A DNA stretch of 63,295 bases, counting the filler, from Choristocarpus tenellus KU-1152 (Eukaryota > Protista > Phaeophyceae): the NCBI GenBank assembly GCA_964200185.2. It is 11 parts of 11 records of this genome, joined end to end, with 100 filler letters (N's around TTAATTAATTAA, not from the genome) between each part and the next. Parts side by side here need not be neighbours in the genome. Positions count along the whole stretch, not along the records: positions 19,874 to 26,395 come from CAXNAD020007948.1; positions 26,496 to 36,251 come from CAXNAD020003420.1; positions 36,352 to 41,602 come from CAXNAD020011351.1; 8 more parts are not named here. One strand, given 5' to 3'. This document shows, piece by piece, positions 23,801 through 38,236 of the stretch; the first letter of the stretch is position 1; the number at the start of each line of letters is the position of its first letter. Under the pieces are notes generated by a model that did not search any database, had not been told where the DNA came from, and saw only the letters and a list, made by a program, of their open reading frames with translations. Position numbers and translations under genes: made by a program.

Positions 23801-26800
23801 ATAAGGCATGATTCAACCAGGCATTGGCATTTACAGCCCTTAAGACTAGTCCCTTTCAGTATGCTGTGGAATTATTTCTTCCTTTGTCTCCAGTTACTCC
23901 TAGGCTTCATCTTGTGATGTTTATTTTGTGACCTTAGTGGGTTGGACCCCTTCTAACATACACCGTTAATTGAGAACAGACCAGAGAGCAGATAGGGTAA
24001 ACAATACATTGGCAGTGAGGACTCGAGGCACCAGAGTTCGTAACTTTGCCAATTGTGGGAATATGCTCTGAACAGAACAAAGCATGGCATTTTCCCGTCA
24101 GGCAGTGCCATTATACCTGATGTGATTGTACATTGCTCCGTCTGACTTTCACCCTGAAGTTTTGACTACGACAAGGTGACAGGGACCTTGAACTTCTACC
24201 TACAGATCTTCTGCTTCACCTTGCTCATGGACTTTCTTCTTGTGGCATATTCCACAATGACCTTCCTTTCCGACCATCCTCAGTAGTAAGGATGGCTGCC
24301 TAAGAGTGAGATGTGTGGCCTGATTAATCCAAGGGGGAGGTATTTTTATTTTAACTCTCTGTTTCCAAAGGCCGAGATTTGGGCTTCGTAATCGGTGTGC
24401 TTTCACGTAATTTTTTTTTGCGCCCTTTCATTTGTGTTGTTTGTGAGTTCTCGTTGATAGCACAAGATGCTCCAAATCGGACCTGCATGTGCTCTTGTCT
24501 GCTTGTGATGCGATAATATTGCTGCGCAGGTCAAGACTACGATACTGTAGGATGTCAGGTTCTAGAACTTGGTGGACCAAATACTACCAAGAGGTAGATC
24601 AGAATCGACATCCTCTAGAGCTCCTTTTGCCCACAAGACCACCAGGGCCTTGAGATCCCATCTATTCTAGATATTCCATATCGCTACGCAATTTTGGTGC
24701 CAAACATTCAATTTTTGTCAAGACACCCAACCTTGCTTGTAACAGTTGAATTGACTCCCATGATGGCATTATCGCCTGCTTGTGACCGCTTCAGTGAGAT
24801 GCGCACCCATTTTGGACTCAAGGTGTTAGGGATAGGGGACGCCGTTTGCTCTGATGCACCTTCGTTTTCTCCACCTTCGTGCATACTATTATTTTCGGTT
24901 TGAAGGAGGCTGCTGCCTATGGTCTCGTTGGGTACTTGAAAAGGGAAATGCTCTCTGATATTCGGGAATCATCCCCTTGTTCTTGGCAGAGATGTCCTTC
25001 AATCCCAATTTCGCACCTACTTTATTGGTGGACATTAAACTCCACAGCATTCATACCTCTAATGAGTTAATAGTTTAGCATACTTTGTTGTATAGAATAC
25101 TACGTCCTTGAGGACATTGTTATTGTCCAGGGTTGTGAAAAGACCTCATGCCAGTCTTCGATTATTATTTTTAATCCGTTTCAAAGATCCTTGGAATGTG
25201 TTTAGTGGGTTTCCAAGTGTTTTCCTTGTGCCAACATATTTGTCGCATTTCTTTTCTGTACAACTTTAATGGGCGTTCTTGTAGCTCAGTGGTTGATTTA
25301 CGGAGGGAGTTCCTGCATCACTTTCGTGGCTCTCTCAACTCCAGACTCCTTTTTCAGGAAACAAAATCCAAAGTATATGTAGCAATCACTAAGGATTGTG
25401 CACCTGCACTATCATATCTGTGCAATACCACGAAACAGAGGCAAAGTAAATGAGATTTCCCAGGGTTGCATTTTAAAGGATGCCGAGAAACGTCCAAAAT
25501 TCGTTTTTTTTGTAGAAATGCGTAGAGGGACTTTTCTGAATTCTGTCGAAAATTTTAAAGCTTTATAAATACCAATGCTCTCAGGTCAATTTTAGCACTT
25601 TAACCATAGAAATCAGGGTGAATTGCCATATATGAGAAAGGTAACATAGATGAAAAACCGTCAAAACCTGGGTACGTCTTGTTTACTCTTGCTCACACGG
25701 AAACCCGATCCAGGTGGCAAGGTGTGATTAATACCGAGACTGGTCCTCCACGAGATTCGAGGGAGGACATCAAACTTCTCATTGTTGTACGTTCTATGTA
25801 GTGCTTCAGTATGAATTTTATATTACTATTGAGCTTAGTGCATGTAAAAACCCTGGATGAGGTTCCTGAGTCATCGACAGTCATTCCCACCAGTGATCAA
25901 GGGGACAGTTGAGTTTCCCTGACTGGTGTGAGAACTTCAACGACTCTGTTACTGCGCTGTCCATATCCCCAGACATGCTCACCATGCAGCTCCAGTGTTG
26001 CCTCTGATGCTCGGATTTCCTTTCCCATGAAGAGAGTCGACAGTTAAATTTAATTTCAACACCAGGCTATCAAATTTCCTGTATATTGCCATTAATATCC
26101 CATGAACATATATGATCGTATGATCTCTCCTGTGTTTGCCGTGACCTGTAACGTTGGGTGCAGCATGTAGCAAGTTGAGTTAGCAATTGTTTATGGCGCG
26201 GTTAAATCTCTGTTGATTGCATGTTGCGACTTGGCCAAGTGTTTGGCATGTGATAAGTTACTACTATCAAAATATTATGACCTTAATTGAGACAGAACAC
26301 CTAGATATGATATGACATGTAAACACTGTTGCGAAGTACTCTGTACATTGTATTTTATTATTATACCCTCTGACATTTTGCAGATGTGTCAGGGGNNNNN
26401 NNNNNNNNNNNNNNNNNNNNNNNNNNNNNNNNNNNNNNNTTAATTAATTAANNNNNNNNNNNNNNNNNNNNNNNNNNNNNNNNNNNNNNNNNNNNGGGGG
26501 GTCGGGCTGGGCCTTGACCTTCAGAAATCTTAACGAGGTCATCAGCTGGGGAAAAAAAGGTAAGGTGGCAACAGGCCGGTCTGGTCAGCACCCGAATAAT
26601 ATCAATTACAGATGATAATGTACTACACCGTAGTACGAGTATGTGTGGCTGAAAGGGATAAAAAAAATATGCATATTCCAACTTGTACTTGAGGTATTTC
26701 GACGATACGTCAAAAGTGTTTTGTTGACCAGCCCCGTTCAATTCCAATACTTTAGGCAGTTGGCGATCCCAACGGTACTAAACAGAGTAGGTCGGCCACT

Positions 26801-28030
26801 GTGTAATACATCGAAAACAGGGCTAGGATAGTAGGGTCTTTTAGAAACACAAGACAGGGTCAACACACAACACAGACAGTAAGGTTGGCATGGCCGTAAG
26901 GCCCTGATATAATTGTTTTTGGTCGATTTGATACATTCTCACAATGAATTTTATTCACAGGTGTACAAGAGCTGTGACAATCAGAAAAATTGTGTATAAA
27001 TTGCCAATGGTAAAAACACGGTAGAACATTGGGATCCAACAAGCAACAGACAAACAGTACCCCCTACTCCAAGTGCTTGATCATTAACCCTCTCAATACA
27101 TCAGAGCCGTCAATTTCTCGCCAAGACGTTGTGTATCACAGTGGTGATTATTGAGTCTCACCTTGAAGAAAACACTACTCAAATAGGGGAAAGGGACTCA
27201 GACTGGGGAACTGGGAAGACGATTGAGATAAGCCTCGATAACTCTGCAGCCTGCCCAAACAGCATCAACATCCCTCTGAGCTTGCTTGTACGTACCACAA
27301 TGCGATCACTATCTCAATGCGCAAGAAGAAAGGAAGGAGTATATGTTTAATGCCACAAAATTTCTAGTAATCAAATTCCATGCTGAAAATTCTGTTTCTC
27401 TCAGCAGTGTTATTCCTTCTACAGCGGCACCATCGCACTAGCATCTCTCACAGGTTAATAGCTTCCTTGCGCCCCATAAAATATTATTTCGAACAAAAAA
27501 ACGTAGCCCAGATTAATACGTGGTACTTGCCCTCTTGAATATCTACAACCAATGCTAAAGTGCGCTGATGTCCACCCTTGGGGAGCAAGCGCCCGTATCA
27601 TACCTCTCACCAACTAAACTGTGAGTCTAAGGGAAACACTAAAAAAAAAAAGTTACACACAAAAACTTCCTGCATTGTTAATTCCCGATACAAACATCTC
27701 TCTCCCCTAATGCCCGAAGCTAATCAACAGGCACAATGTTTCACTCATTTTGGCACGAGCCAATCAGCAGTAGAAACATCGATTTGCGCCAATCACTATC
27801 ACACGAACAGTTCACGGCACAAAAGAAAGTTATGGTCTCAACCCCTACCTGATTCCCACGCAGAATAACACAGAAAAAGAAAAACAAAAAACTTGGCCCT
27901 CGGCTGTGGCACAGGAAAAAAAATACTACAACTGATTCTGCAACACACTCACACACACACACACACACTGCTTAAGGGGGGCAAGAGAGGCTGGAGGTGC
28001 AGGAATGGTGGCAGGGAAAGTTGCACCCAC

Positions 28031-31027
28031 CTCCTTAACAAGCTCTGTGTTAGCGCCCCATGCGCCGTAGAAGTTATTGAGGTATTGATTCTCTTCAAGG
28101 CCAATCAAACATTTGGCTCCAGATGCCGGAGGGGAGACACCTCTTACGAGTGGGAATCCAGTAACCTGATAAATGGAGAATGTGTGAGTTAATCATGCCG
28201 TGATTGAGGGGTGGTGGAGACAATGCAATAAGCGAAACATTTAGACCAATGGGCTGCACTGTATCCTCTACACTTGAAGCATTTCCCTTGAGCAACAGGA
28301 TCGAATCAACCTGCAACCCCCCCTGCTACTTCGATCTTGATATCATTAGGCCTTGGGCTCAAGTGAACGATTGCAGGGCATTGGAGGTGGAGGCAGCGGT
28401 TGAAATGGAGCTGATATGAGATAGATGTGAGTATTGGGCAACACGTTGAGTGAGCACAACAATTTGAGACTACAAGCGGGTCTATGCCAAGGTCAGGTGG
28501 GAGGACCAGAAGGAACTGGCAAGGGGGAGAGTGGAGGCAACAGTGAAGAGTTAGTACATAGTGGAAAGTTGAATGGCATGATCATCGATGCTCAGTTGGG
28601 CGCCAACACAATGAATGTTTTGCACATAATAGGGTCTTGATGTAAGCGTAATATTGGAAGGTAATTTGATACACTCCAGGCTTGAAGATGTACCTCTGCT
28701 CCTGATTAACTGCTTAAGAATGCAAAGAGTAAGGGCACTGTCTTGGGCATAGTTTTGACTCTTCCTGCTATGTGGACCATAAGTATTGTGCTTGGAGTAT
28801 TACCTTGAAAGTGCATGTGATCTTCGATATTAAAAGGTACATTAAAATATTTCCCATCTTGTCAAAGGAGATGTCAACTGCAGAGCAATCAAATATTTTC
28901 CCCAGCTGATCAACTGACACTACTACGCATAATAAAAAGTAATCACAATACAACAGCACTAAGCAGCACATGCCTAGTGCAACACACACCACATTTGCAG
29001 TACATCATTATCCAGCATTAATGATCCCACCATGATACCTCCTCAGTGGGCACTCTAGGATGTAATATGTACAGTGCAAAACACTGGTAGCACTAATTCT
29101 CTCATTAGAAAAATATCCACATGAATAGTTGTGTAAGGATGCTACATAATAAATAATAAGGAGAAAAAAGATGACTGCCAAGAGTTGTGCTCTATTAATA
29201 GTCAAATTTTGATCTACACACCCCGAAGGTAGTGCCCCCTCAAAAGCACCACACCAGGTCAAACTTACCTAACATACACAACACAAATATATCAACTTTC
29301 TTCCACATACACAGGCAACAATCCTCCGAACTCCAACAAGTGTGTATTTAGTAGTCATGTAGTGATTGAGAGGTAAGAAAAATAATACAAATGGAAGTTT
29401 TCCACCAACAAAATCCAAACCTGTATACCAAACAGAGTCAACAGGAAACAATAACATTTTACAACCCTTTCAAACGTTCTCGATCTCTGCATTATTCTCA
29501 TTTGTGTTACCTGCTGTTGCCCTGCCAACCCCATTGATTGCCATCCCTCAATCTTAAAACTTCCTGAGACGTTCACCTTGCTCTCATCACCATTAGAGGG
29601 CCTCATCCCATCACTGTTGTCCCTGCACCGCTTTTTGGGTCCCCTGTCCCACAAGAAATTGACCAGCAAGAGTTTAAGGGGAGGTTATAACATTTGAACC
29701 TGCTGCATATACTTTATTGTACTTCTTGAGTACATCTGACACTGGTCCAAAGGCTTTTTGTGGATGGGCATTACGATCAAGTTCGAAATAGCATTAAGCA
29801 GTATTATCGCTGGAAGTAGTTGGTAGCCAATGCACCATACATTTGTCAAACCACTGCTGAACTTCTCTTGTTCACAAGCAGTGAATCATCACAACTGCAA
29901 TATCATTCCTTTTTCTTACATACGGAAAATATCAGAAAACACATCCACATCCCTTGCCATGCCAGTAAATGTATTTCCATTCTTCACCCTTACTCATAGA
30001 GGTGGCATTTCTCCCTCCCTCGTTGCAACTAGATTTTCCACTCTGGTGTTCGGTCGAAATCTGCTATAAAATTCACAAATTTTGTACAAAAACGGGGATA
30101 TATCTCGTTTTTACAAACATGGGGATCGCATGCTGTCTCAGTACCTGTATGATTACCAACAGTGGCTCAAAGTATCTGGGGTGTGTGTGGCGGCTGTCCA
30201 TTTGGGGCCAATTTTTTCATGTCTCGATTTTTTGGTGACATGATTGCATACATCGGATGGATAATGCAAGTGCACTTTTCCTGGTTATGACCCAAATGGA
30301 AACTCTGGTGTAGACCCCCCCTTCCCCCCAGATACTTTGGGTCAGTTGTAGTTGTGCAGCCGATTCAGAATTTCACGTCGCACAAATTCACTCACGGGGT
30401 TTAGAGTCGAGCCACTGTCCCTCCTCTATTTCTCATTGCATACTCCACTACTAGTAGTCATCATAGAAATAATGAACGCAACGCATCGCATCAATTGGGG
30501 GTTGGTTCAGAAAACAAAACACACAAATCACTTGCGACGAAAGACACTATACCATAATTGCAAACCACGCACCCCAAAAGGCACCAATGTGGAGGTCCGT
30601 CCAAGTTGTTGTCCAGTAGGATGAAAATCTACCCAAGTAAGAGTCTGAAAATTCTTGCCATCATCTCCTAGTCCCCTTCTCACGCCCACATTGCTTACCT
30701 TTGTACCTTTTCCCTGTACAGGCATGGCGTACTCTTTTGGCGACATAGTGTGCAAGCATTCCTTCCATCACCATCACATCGCCTTCCCACCAAGAGTTGG
30801 GACCAGCAGAGTTAGTAAGGGTACAGCGGAATTACTCTTCGTCAGCGACATCATATTTGTTTGGGCAAATATTGAATACGTTTAGATTGGTTTGTTTTAC
30901 GACAACGACCAACATACCTCTTTCTAAGGGTGCAAAAGTCGCAGGACGTCCGCATTTTTCTTGTACAGATTTCATTAGTTTTCCCGAAACGCTCTCCATG
31001 ACCATCATCCTTCGGGGTCTCCGACAT
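28031..31027 (-). CDS. Zn(II)2Cys6 (GAL4-like zinc cluster) transcription factor, 5' part
   Basis: ATG at 31027. Exons 31027-30918, 30782-30699, 29643-29511 and 28165-28031, possibly with another at about 28516-28311. They splice to MSETPKDDG...RKMRTSCDFCTLRKRRCDGDGRNACTLCRQKSTPCLYREKVQRGPKKR, giving C-x2-C-x6-C-x7-C-x2-C-x6-C plus a basic RGPK tail. A later exon encodes SPPASGAKCLIGLEENQYLNNFYG. Confidence 0.9.
30164..30343. mobile_element. MITE-like family A, complete copy (180 bp), in intron 2 of the Zn2Cys6 gene
   Basis: Terminal inverted repeats GGCTCAAAGTATCTGGGG and CCCCAGATACTTTGGGTC, flanked by AGT on both sides. Confidence 0.9.
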
Positions 31028-34000
31028 GATTTCAAAATATAAACGATATCGTTTCAGGTGTTAAGGTGTGTGTGGTGTGATGGAAGTTAGATGTTGAGGT
31101 TGTCGCACTCATTTTTATTATGGCACTCATTTGAAACGTAGATAGAACATTCTTTACTGCAAATATTATCGCTATGTATATGTATTTTTTGGGAGAGAAA
31201 TCGACCTTTTTATTCGTGCACAACACTTGTCTTTGAATCAAATACGATAAATAGAGTTATACAATAATGTTGGGATAAGTAGTAGTGGTTGAAAATAGAA
31301 GAAATATTGACATAAATATCAAATATTCGGAAGTATTAAAATGCAATATATATTATTTTGATATTCCACGAATTTTCGAACGAATACATTTATTTTTAAA
31401 TATTACTATCCATTCTCTTCATTGTGGACAGGACTTCCATTCTTGGAATTATTTTTTCTTTTCCCCTCGCCCATCTCCATAGACCTTCATATAGGGTTAG
31501 ACTGGAGTCATAGCTGAGTGAACCCTCGTTTCCTCGTTCTTAGGGAACAATCCCCCTCAGGACCTTAAAATTCTTTCGATAGTCACTACTCATTGTTGTG
31601 AACTTCCCGTTGATCTCATTATGTATGTATCTGTTCAAAATATATGATAATAATATTTTAGGGAAATCAATATCATAAACACCTCAGTAAAAGTAACAGT
31701 TGTTGTAAATGTGATCTATACCTCCAAATCTACTAACTAGTTGACTACCAGCCATACTACACCATTCCCATAAAATATCATAATTACAATGTTATGTGTA
31801 CACTGCTGCTATCCCCCCAAACTAGCTTAGCCCTACAGTACAAGGTGACAAACTAGGGAAGCATCCCAAAAAAATGACAATCCCCTCCTTCCCCATCTCC
31901 CTCATGCCTCCAACTAAAAACGCATGATTTTGTTGAGAGTTCTTGGATTATTAGGGTGATGAGACCTTTTCGACAGTGAATTTCATTTTGCGCAACACCC
32001 TATTATTGGGACATCTTCAAAATGTCAAGAACAGAATAATATTATTATTGCTTCTATTATATTTACAGGTATGAAAACATGTCACTGTAATAATATATTT
32101 GATGCTATGATTGGTGTATATACCAATGTACGGTCGGTACATTGCCAAAGATGTTGCTCCGAATGTTCTTTATGGAATATTTTGGGAATGTTAGAGGGAA
32201 AAATCCAAACGTATATTGCAAGAATTACCGTAAAATCAACGTAAGTTGTGAGTGATGTATGACATACAGTCAGGATAGCTATATTTTATATTATTCTATA
32301 TAAGAGAGGGTAGGGGAAACCAAAAAATCCCTTTCATGTATCCCTATCCTCTCTTATTGTATATAAGAGCGCTTATATGGAACAAAAGTGAAAGTTTATG
32401 AAGTAATCTGAGTTTTGTGCCCGGAAGAATTCTGGTTGGCTGGGGGCACAGGACAAGAAAGGCAGAAGAAAAGAAAAATAAGCAAGAAGGGAACGAATAG
32501 TTAAGGAATGACTCGATAAGAGAGGGGGGAGAAAGATTTTAAAAAATGAGATAAGAGGGCTGAGAACCAGGGGTACAGAATGAACAGAACAAGAACAAGA
32601 CAACCTTCAAGCAAGCTTTCGCCGTAGTAGATCAAGACAGAACTCGAACAATATTTCCAACAGCTGAAAGAGATAAAGATCCGATGGAAAAGGCGGGGAT
32701 ACTTGAGAACCGGATACTGAAATGGTAAGAAAAGGTCCGCAAGGTAAGGGGGCTGGTGACTAAAACGATGAAAAACATTGTGAATAGGTGTAGGGTAGGA
32801 ATGGAATATGGGTAGTGAAGTGGGTAGAGTCAGACATAATACAAAGGGTATCTGGGGAAATCTATAGAACAAGAAATTACGAAAGACTGACCACAATGTT
32901 ATGGAGTACATGCTAATTCGGTAAGTTATAAACGCTAATACTTTTTAGATTAGTACACAGAGCAGAAAGGGAAAGGGTTGAGGGTCCTATCCTGCCAGAG
33001 TTGCAGTCTAAGGGGTAGACAGGGATTAGTGGTAGAGTTCGCCGGTTATGCCACAAACATGGTTATCCCATCACGGAGATCACGATAAAAATGGAAAGTT
33101 TAATGGGTCAAGGTAGGAGTAGTGTACCTGCACTAATCTTGTAGAGTAAGTGCAGTTTAGATATCGCTCGAGAGGTAGGGTTGGGACTGATACTAGGTGT
33201 ATATCGATCAGTGATAGAGCGCGTGGATTTTTTTCCGCTGCTTATATCGTTCAGCCTAACCCAATTGGGCAATAGGAAATCGAATAGCGTGGGCTCACCG
33301 TGGGATGATGTAGAGGGGACCACCCCATTTAAGGGTAACGCGTGGAAGTTACAAGGTCAGTGATGGGACTTTTACCAAGCACAGGCACCCTGTGAATAAG
33401 TGGTTATGTCATCATGAGTAGCCATAGAATTAATGGATTTTAGCTACAGACTCGGAAATAACGTGGCATAGAAAATAAAACAAATAAGAAAACCTGCATA
33501 GGTATTCCAGAGTACCAAATGAGGCCACAGGGTAGGTGGAGGTTCTAGGTGGAGTCACAGGTACGAAATTAAGCACAGATAATGGCAGAGTCCTGGATGG
33601 ACATGCAGTAGGTAGGGATTTGGGGTGGAGTGAATGTCACGAAAGTAAGAACTGGGGAATGGCAGTAGATGTATGTTAAAAAAAAACAACGAGATGTGAT
33701 AGTTGAAAGAAAAATGGACTGGGCGAGAACATAACAATAATATGCAGATAAAGAGGGGCACACTAATATAAACAGGGGGGTAGGGAAATGAATAGCCATA
33801 CCTCCTACACCAACCTGTGTATAAATGTGGAATAACCCTGTGAATAAAAGGCTACTGTTAAAGATGGGAGGTTAAGTCTGAGGGTTTAAGATTGTAAACA
33901 AAAAAGAGGAAAGAAACAGGGGGGCGTAAGGAGAGGGACAAAAAAAGGTATGACCGTTAAAGGAAGTCTTTGTAGGCATCCTTTTTTCTTACAATTAGGA

Positions 34001-36613
34001 ACAAGTTGCTACAGTGAAGGAAAGTGATAAACAAAAAAGATAGTGCCCAACAGTAGGATAATTACTTCAAGCCAATATAAAGGCCGGGGAGGGGAGGGGG
34101 GACATTCAGGTCACAGTAGTGGGGTAAATTAGATACAATGGTATGGCATGAACGTCTCCACAGTTTGAGGTGCACAAGGAGTTGGAATAGATGTGCTCAA
34201 TTGAAAGGAGCATATAGGAATAATATGCTACAATCCCCTAAATATATATATATATTTATATGCGTGTGAATTGTGTGATTCTGTAGCGGCGTGGTTCACT
34301 CAGGCAAGGGTGGTGAGGAGAATCACCGGGCAAGACGGACCACACGAACAAAGACAAACCATAACGGAGGGTACGAGGTTAAGGTTGGACAAGTGCAAAT
34401 TAAGAAGTCATGAGCATCTTCAAAGAAGGGACTCATGACTGCAAGTCAAGACATGAGAACAAAGTGGATCTTCCATATGTAACAACTCTGAACGACGAAC
34501 TGTCCCAAGTCTGTGGGATTGTTCTCGTGCAGAGATTCCATGGTTTCATTCTGACAGAAGGTCCGCCAGTGGAATCATGGATGCTTGGCAAGGAACCTCA
34601 ATCGGTACAACGGTGTAACGGTATATGGCATACGGCAATAACGGTATAACAACAGACAAACATGCTTTCCACATCACCCCCCCCTTCTGATCGGCCTTAA
34701 AGCCATATAAACATTATTCAAGGTCAACCAAAAAAGTGAGCTCTGGGAGCGAAATGGGAAGTATGTGTGACTGTTAGTATACTATTGCAACGTTGTACTA
34801 CACGACTCCATTAATACAAAATGAAGTGTAAAATATAATTGAGACACACAATCAATATCTGATCAGGAGAACTTTGGCCTAAAGGCTGATGGTGTGCGGT
34901 CAGCACACCCATCAAGCTGACGAGGTCTGAGAGTATGGGATCAGCATATCAATCAGTCTAAAGACGAGGCAAGAGGTATATGTGGCCAGCATAGAGGGTC
35001 TCTAGTATCTTGTATAAAACAGAGGATGCACTCAGAATGAGGATACAAGGAGCAAACACTATACACGATGTCAACAAAACGATTTGACTAGTGTTTGTGA
35101 TTCGACATTGCTATACGGGTGTTATACAATGATTTGATCACCACTCCGATACGTGAAAACAACAATGCGCGTTACATGACCAAATCAACACAGTAAACGA
35201 CGAGATCAAATGTGTGCACCCATTCTCCTTCCTCGATTCTTACATCGATTGGAACATTGTTCATGACGACAACAATATTCCAAGTGGACAACTCAGACGT
35301 ACGATGTTGGTGACTCAACTCTCCTAAAACGATACGAGGTGACTGTACGGTCATTACATCATTTCGGGGGAATCATGCCACACGAAAAAAAAAAATGAGT
35401 AACATGTATGGCTCACCTAAAGTCTCCATCTCTTACCTGGTGGTAGGCTTGAATCTTCACTCTTTTTTTTTCCTGTTTTAGGATGGGATTAGTCATTTCA
35501 TGATGATCAATAAATCCATTTCATGAAAACGTGACATGATGTAATGAACAGTCGCCTTTAGCACACACATGCTAATATATAATGTGTCCAGTGATATCAC
35601 GGTCTCTTCACCACTGCGTGTGTCCACTCATGCAAACGAGGAGAGTTGAGAGATAAAATTAATTGTATATTAATTTATCTAAATCCACCAATATTTATGT
35701 ATAGTCTATTTGCAAGGATTGATAAACCTGGCATACACGAGATGTCAAGTCAGAGCTGGACGTGAACAGGTTAACTGGCGTCTGTTACCAGTTATCTCAT
35801 ATCTTCACAAAACGATAGACTATACCCATCTATGACAAAATGACACACATAACGATTTGTCTAAACTAGATGGACAACCTAGGTAAAGAAATATAGTATG
35901 TGGGTACCACAAGATCTGGCCAAGGTTCACTAGTCTTGAAAAAAAAAACCCCCACCCAATTAAACAATTCTTTGGCCATGATCTGTATCACACATACACA
36001 CGATAATCTCTTTACTAAAACGATAGGTTATGACATGATGGCAATGCATGATATACAGACTATGCGAAGGAGTATGATAACCGTAAATACAAAATCTCAA
36101 GTCTATACACGAGGGATGAGAATTTTACTGGTTGTCCAATTCATTTTCTGCATGATAGGTTGCAATCATTTCATGGCATTGTGGGATCTGTTCTATTCTT
36201 TTGTGAAGATCACAAGATGGTCCATAGCCACAAAGACGAAGACGATAGATANNNNNNNNNNNNNNNNNNNNNNNNNNNNNNNNNNNNNNNNNNNNTTAAT
36301 TAATTAANNNNNNNNNNNNNNNNNNNNNNNNNNNNNNNNNNNNNNNNNNNNCACTAGTCCTAGTAACCTCGGCAATATCCATCAACCCCCCCCCCCTCAC
36401 TCCCCAACACCAATTCCCCTGGGAGTTACACCACTAAAAAAAAGGTGATTGTTGCACGACGAATGTCCCACGTAAGCTGTTGTAATGGTACAATTATGGG
36501 CGTTCACATGTCCCAATGTTATTGGTACAAACTTTGCTGTTCACATCTCTCATTGCTATTGGTACAAATATTGCTGTTCACATCTCCTAATGCTCCCCAC
36601 TGCTCTGTGGCAG

Positions 36614-37842
36614 GTCCTCTTCCTCTCCCCTGAGAAACTGTGCTCACCCTCTTTCCAGCGCCTGGTGTCCACCCCAGGAGGGCTTCCACCACTGTCTCTC
36701 CTGTGTGTGGATGAAGCTCACTGTATCTCTCAATGGTCTCACAACTTCAGACCCTCCTACCTGCGCCTGGGGCAGGCTATGGAGGTGAATGGGGGGAATG
36801 GAAGACTCTAAACCACAGAGATTGAAGAAGAGAACAAAGGACCTCAAAAAGCAATCAGAATGTTTTTCCTGAGCAAATTCGGGTAGTTTGTTGTCAGCTC
36901 CCAAATTATGTCCAGTACCGTACTGTACTTTAGTTAGCAGTATGTCCTTGTTTATTTTGTTTCATAGGTGTATTTGCGCTAGGACTATGATAAGCAGCAT
37001 GACTCAGTCAAAATCTACATGTGTTACCCTTGATAGGCACTCCAGAGCATGTAGCTATTGGGGCGTCAGACGAGTGCTTGCAGCGACAATAGAGCCCGTA
37101 CATAATTTTTGGAACATCAGTTCTTTAGGGGTGGTTTAGTTTGTGCAATATTGAAACGCAGTTTAGAAAATATTACAGCACAGTTTAACAAAGGTTTGTG
37201 TAAGACAAGAAGGCGTTTGTACTCTACAGTACTGCTTTGGTGTGGGTGTGGGTGTGGGTGTTGATGTGTTTGCTGTGATATCAGTTCAGAAGTGATTAGG
37301 AAGGGTACTCTGAAATGAGTTATCATTACTACCACAGATGAAACACTATCAATATACATTTATCAGACACTAACTTCTTACAGGAGTCCAGCACCCCTAC
37401 CACCGGGCAAGTAAAAATCAACAAAAGCTCTCTGCACTCTATGTTTTTCCCCCCTCCCCTCCCTCATGGTTACCCATGTCGACTCCCCTCCTGCTTTTTT
37501 TTTTCTGTGGCAGCTCCTCCGCCCAGGGGCCGTAATGGCCCTGACTGCAACAGCAAGCAAGGCAGTGGCATCAGACATCTGTGGGGTGTTGGGAATACCC
37601 CCCGATGGGGTCAAGGTTGGGTCATGGGATAGACCCAATCTGGAGGTTAAGGTGTTGCGAGTTCAGTCTGAGGAAGGTACGTACCTCATGCTGTTGTGGT
37701 GGTACTACAGTGTACTTGAGGGGGGACTTTCTGTTGAATTGGTTGTGATGGTGTATTTATCTGGATTGCTGTTATTTATTTATAATATGCTGCTCTTCCG
37801 ACACGATCATTTTGTGCTTGAGGGTGTCTCGCAGCCTCTTTT

Positions 37843-37941
<99 letters not shown>

Positions 37942-38203
37942 GGTCACTTGATTCTGTGAAAGCACATGCAATAGCTCCTCTTGGCTTTGAGTACCCCGCT
38001 CAAGAACTGTGGTTCCACTCCGAGTCTGATTGAGTTGACCCCTGTTAAGTGATGCGTCACTCTGTCTGCAGTTTGTCATCTGTTTTTGTCTGTTTTTGGT
38101 CATCTTTGTCACCTCACATGAAGGAACCTGAAGGTCTAACACTGAAGACTCTTGTAAGACTCTTGTACCTTTTGACAAAGTGACAAAGTAGGGTACTCGT
38201 CAT

Positions 38204-38236
<33 letters not shown>

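Noticed and set aside
32100-35400. LTR retrotransposon remnants (protease- and integrase-like hints)
   Set aside because: The sequence is purine-rich and TE-like, but I could not read any diagnostic motif with confidence.
37807-38178. ASKQ/LACL repeat proteins
   Set aside because: They come from the (GCTT)n microsatellite in a RecQ intron.
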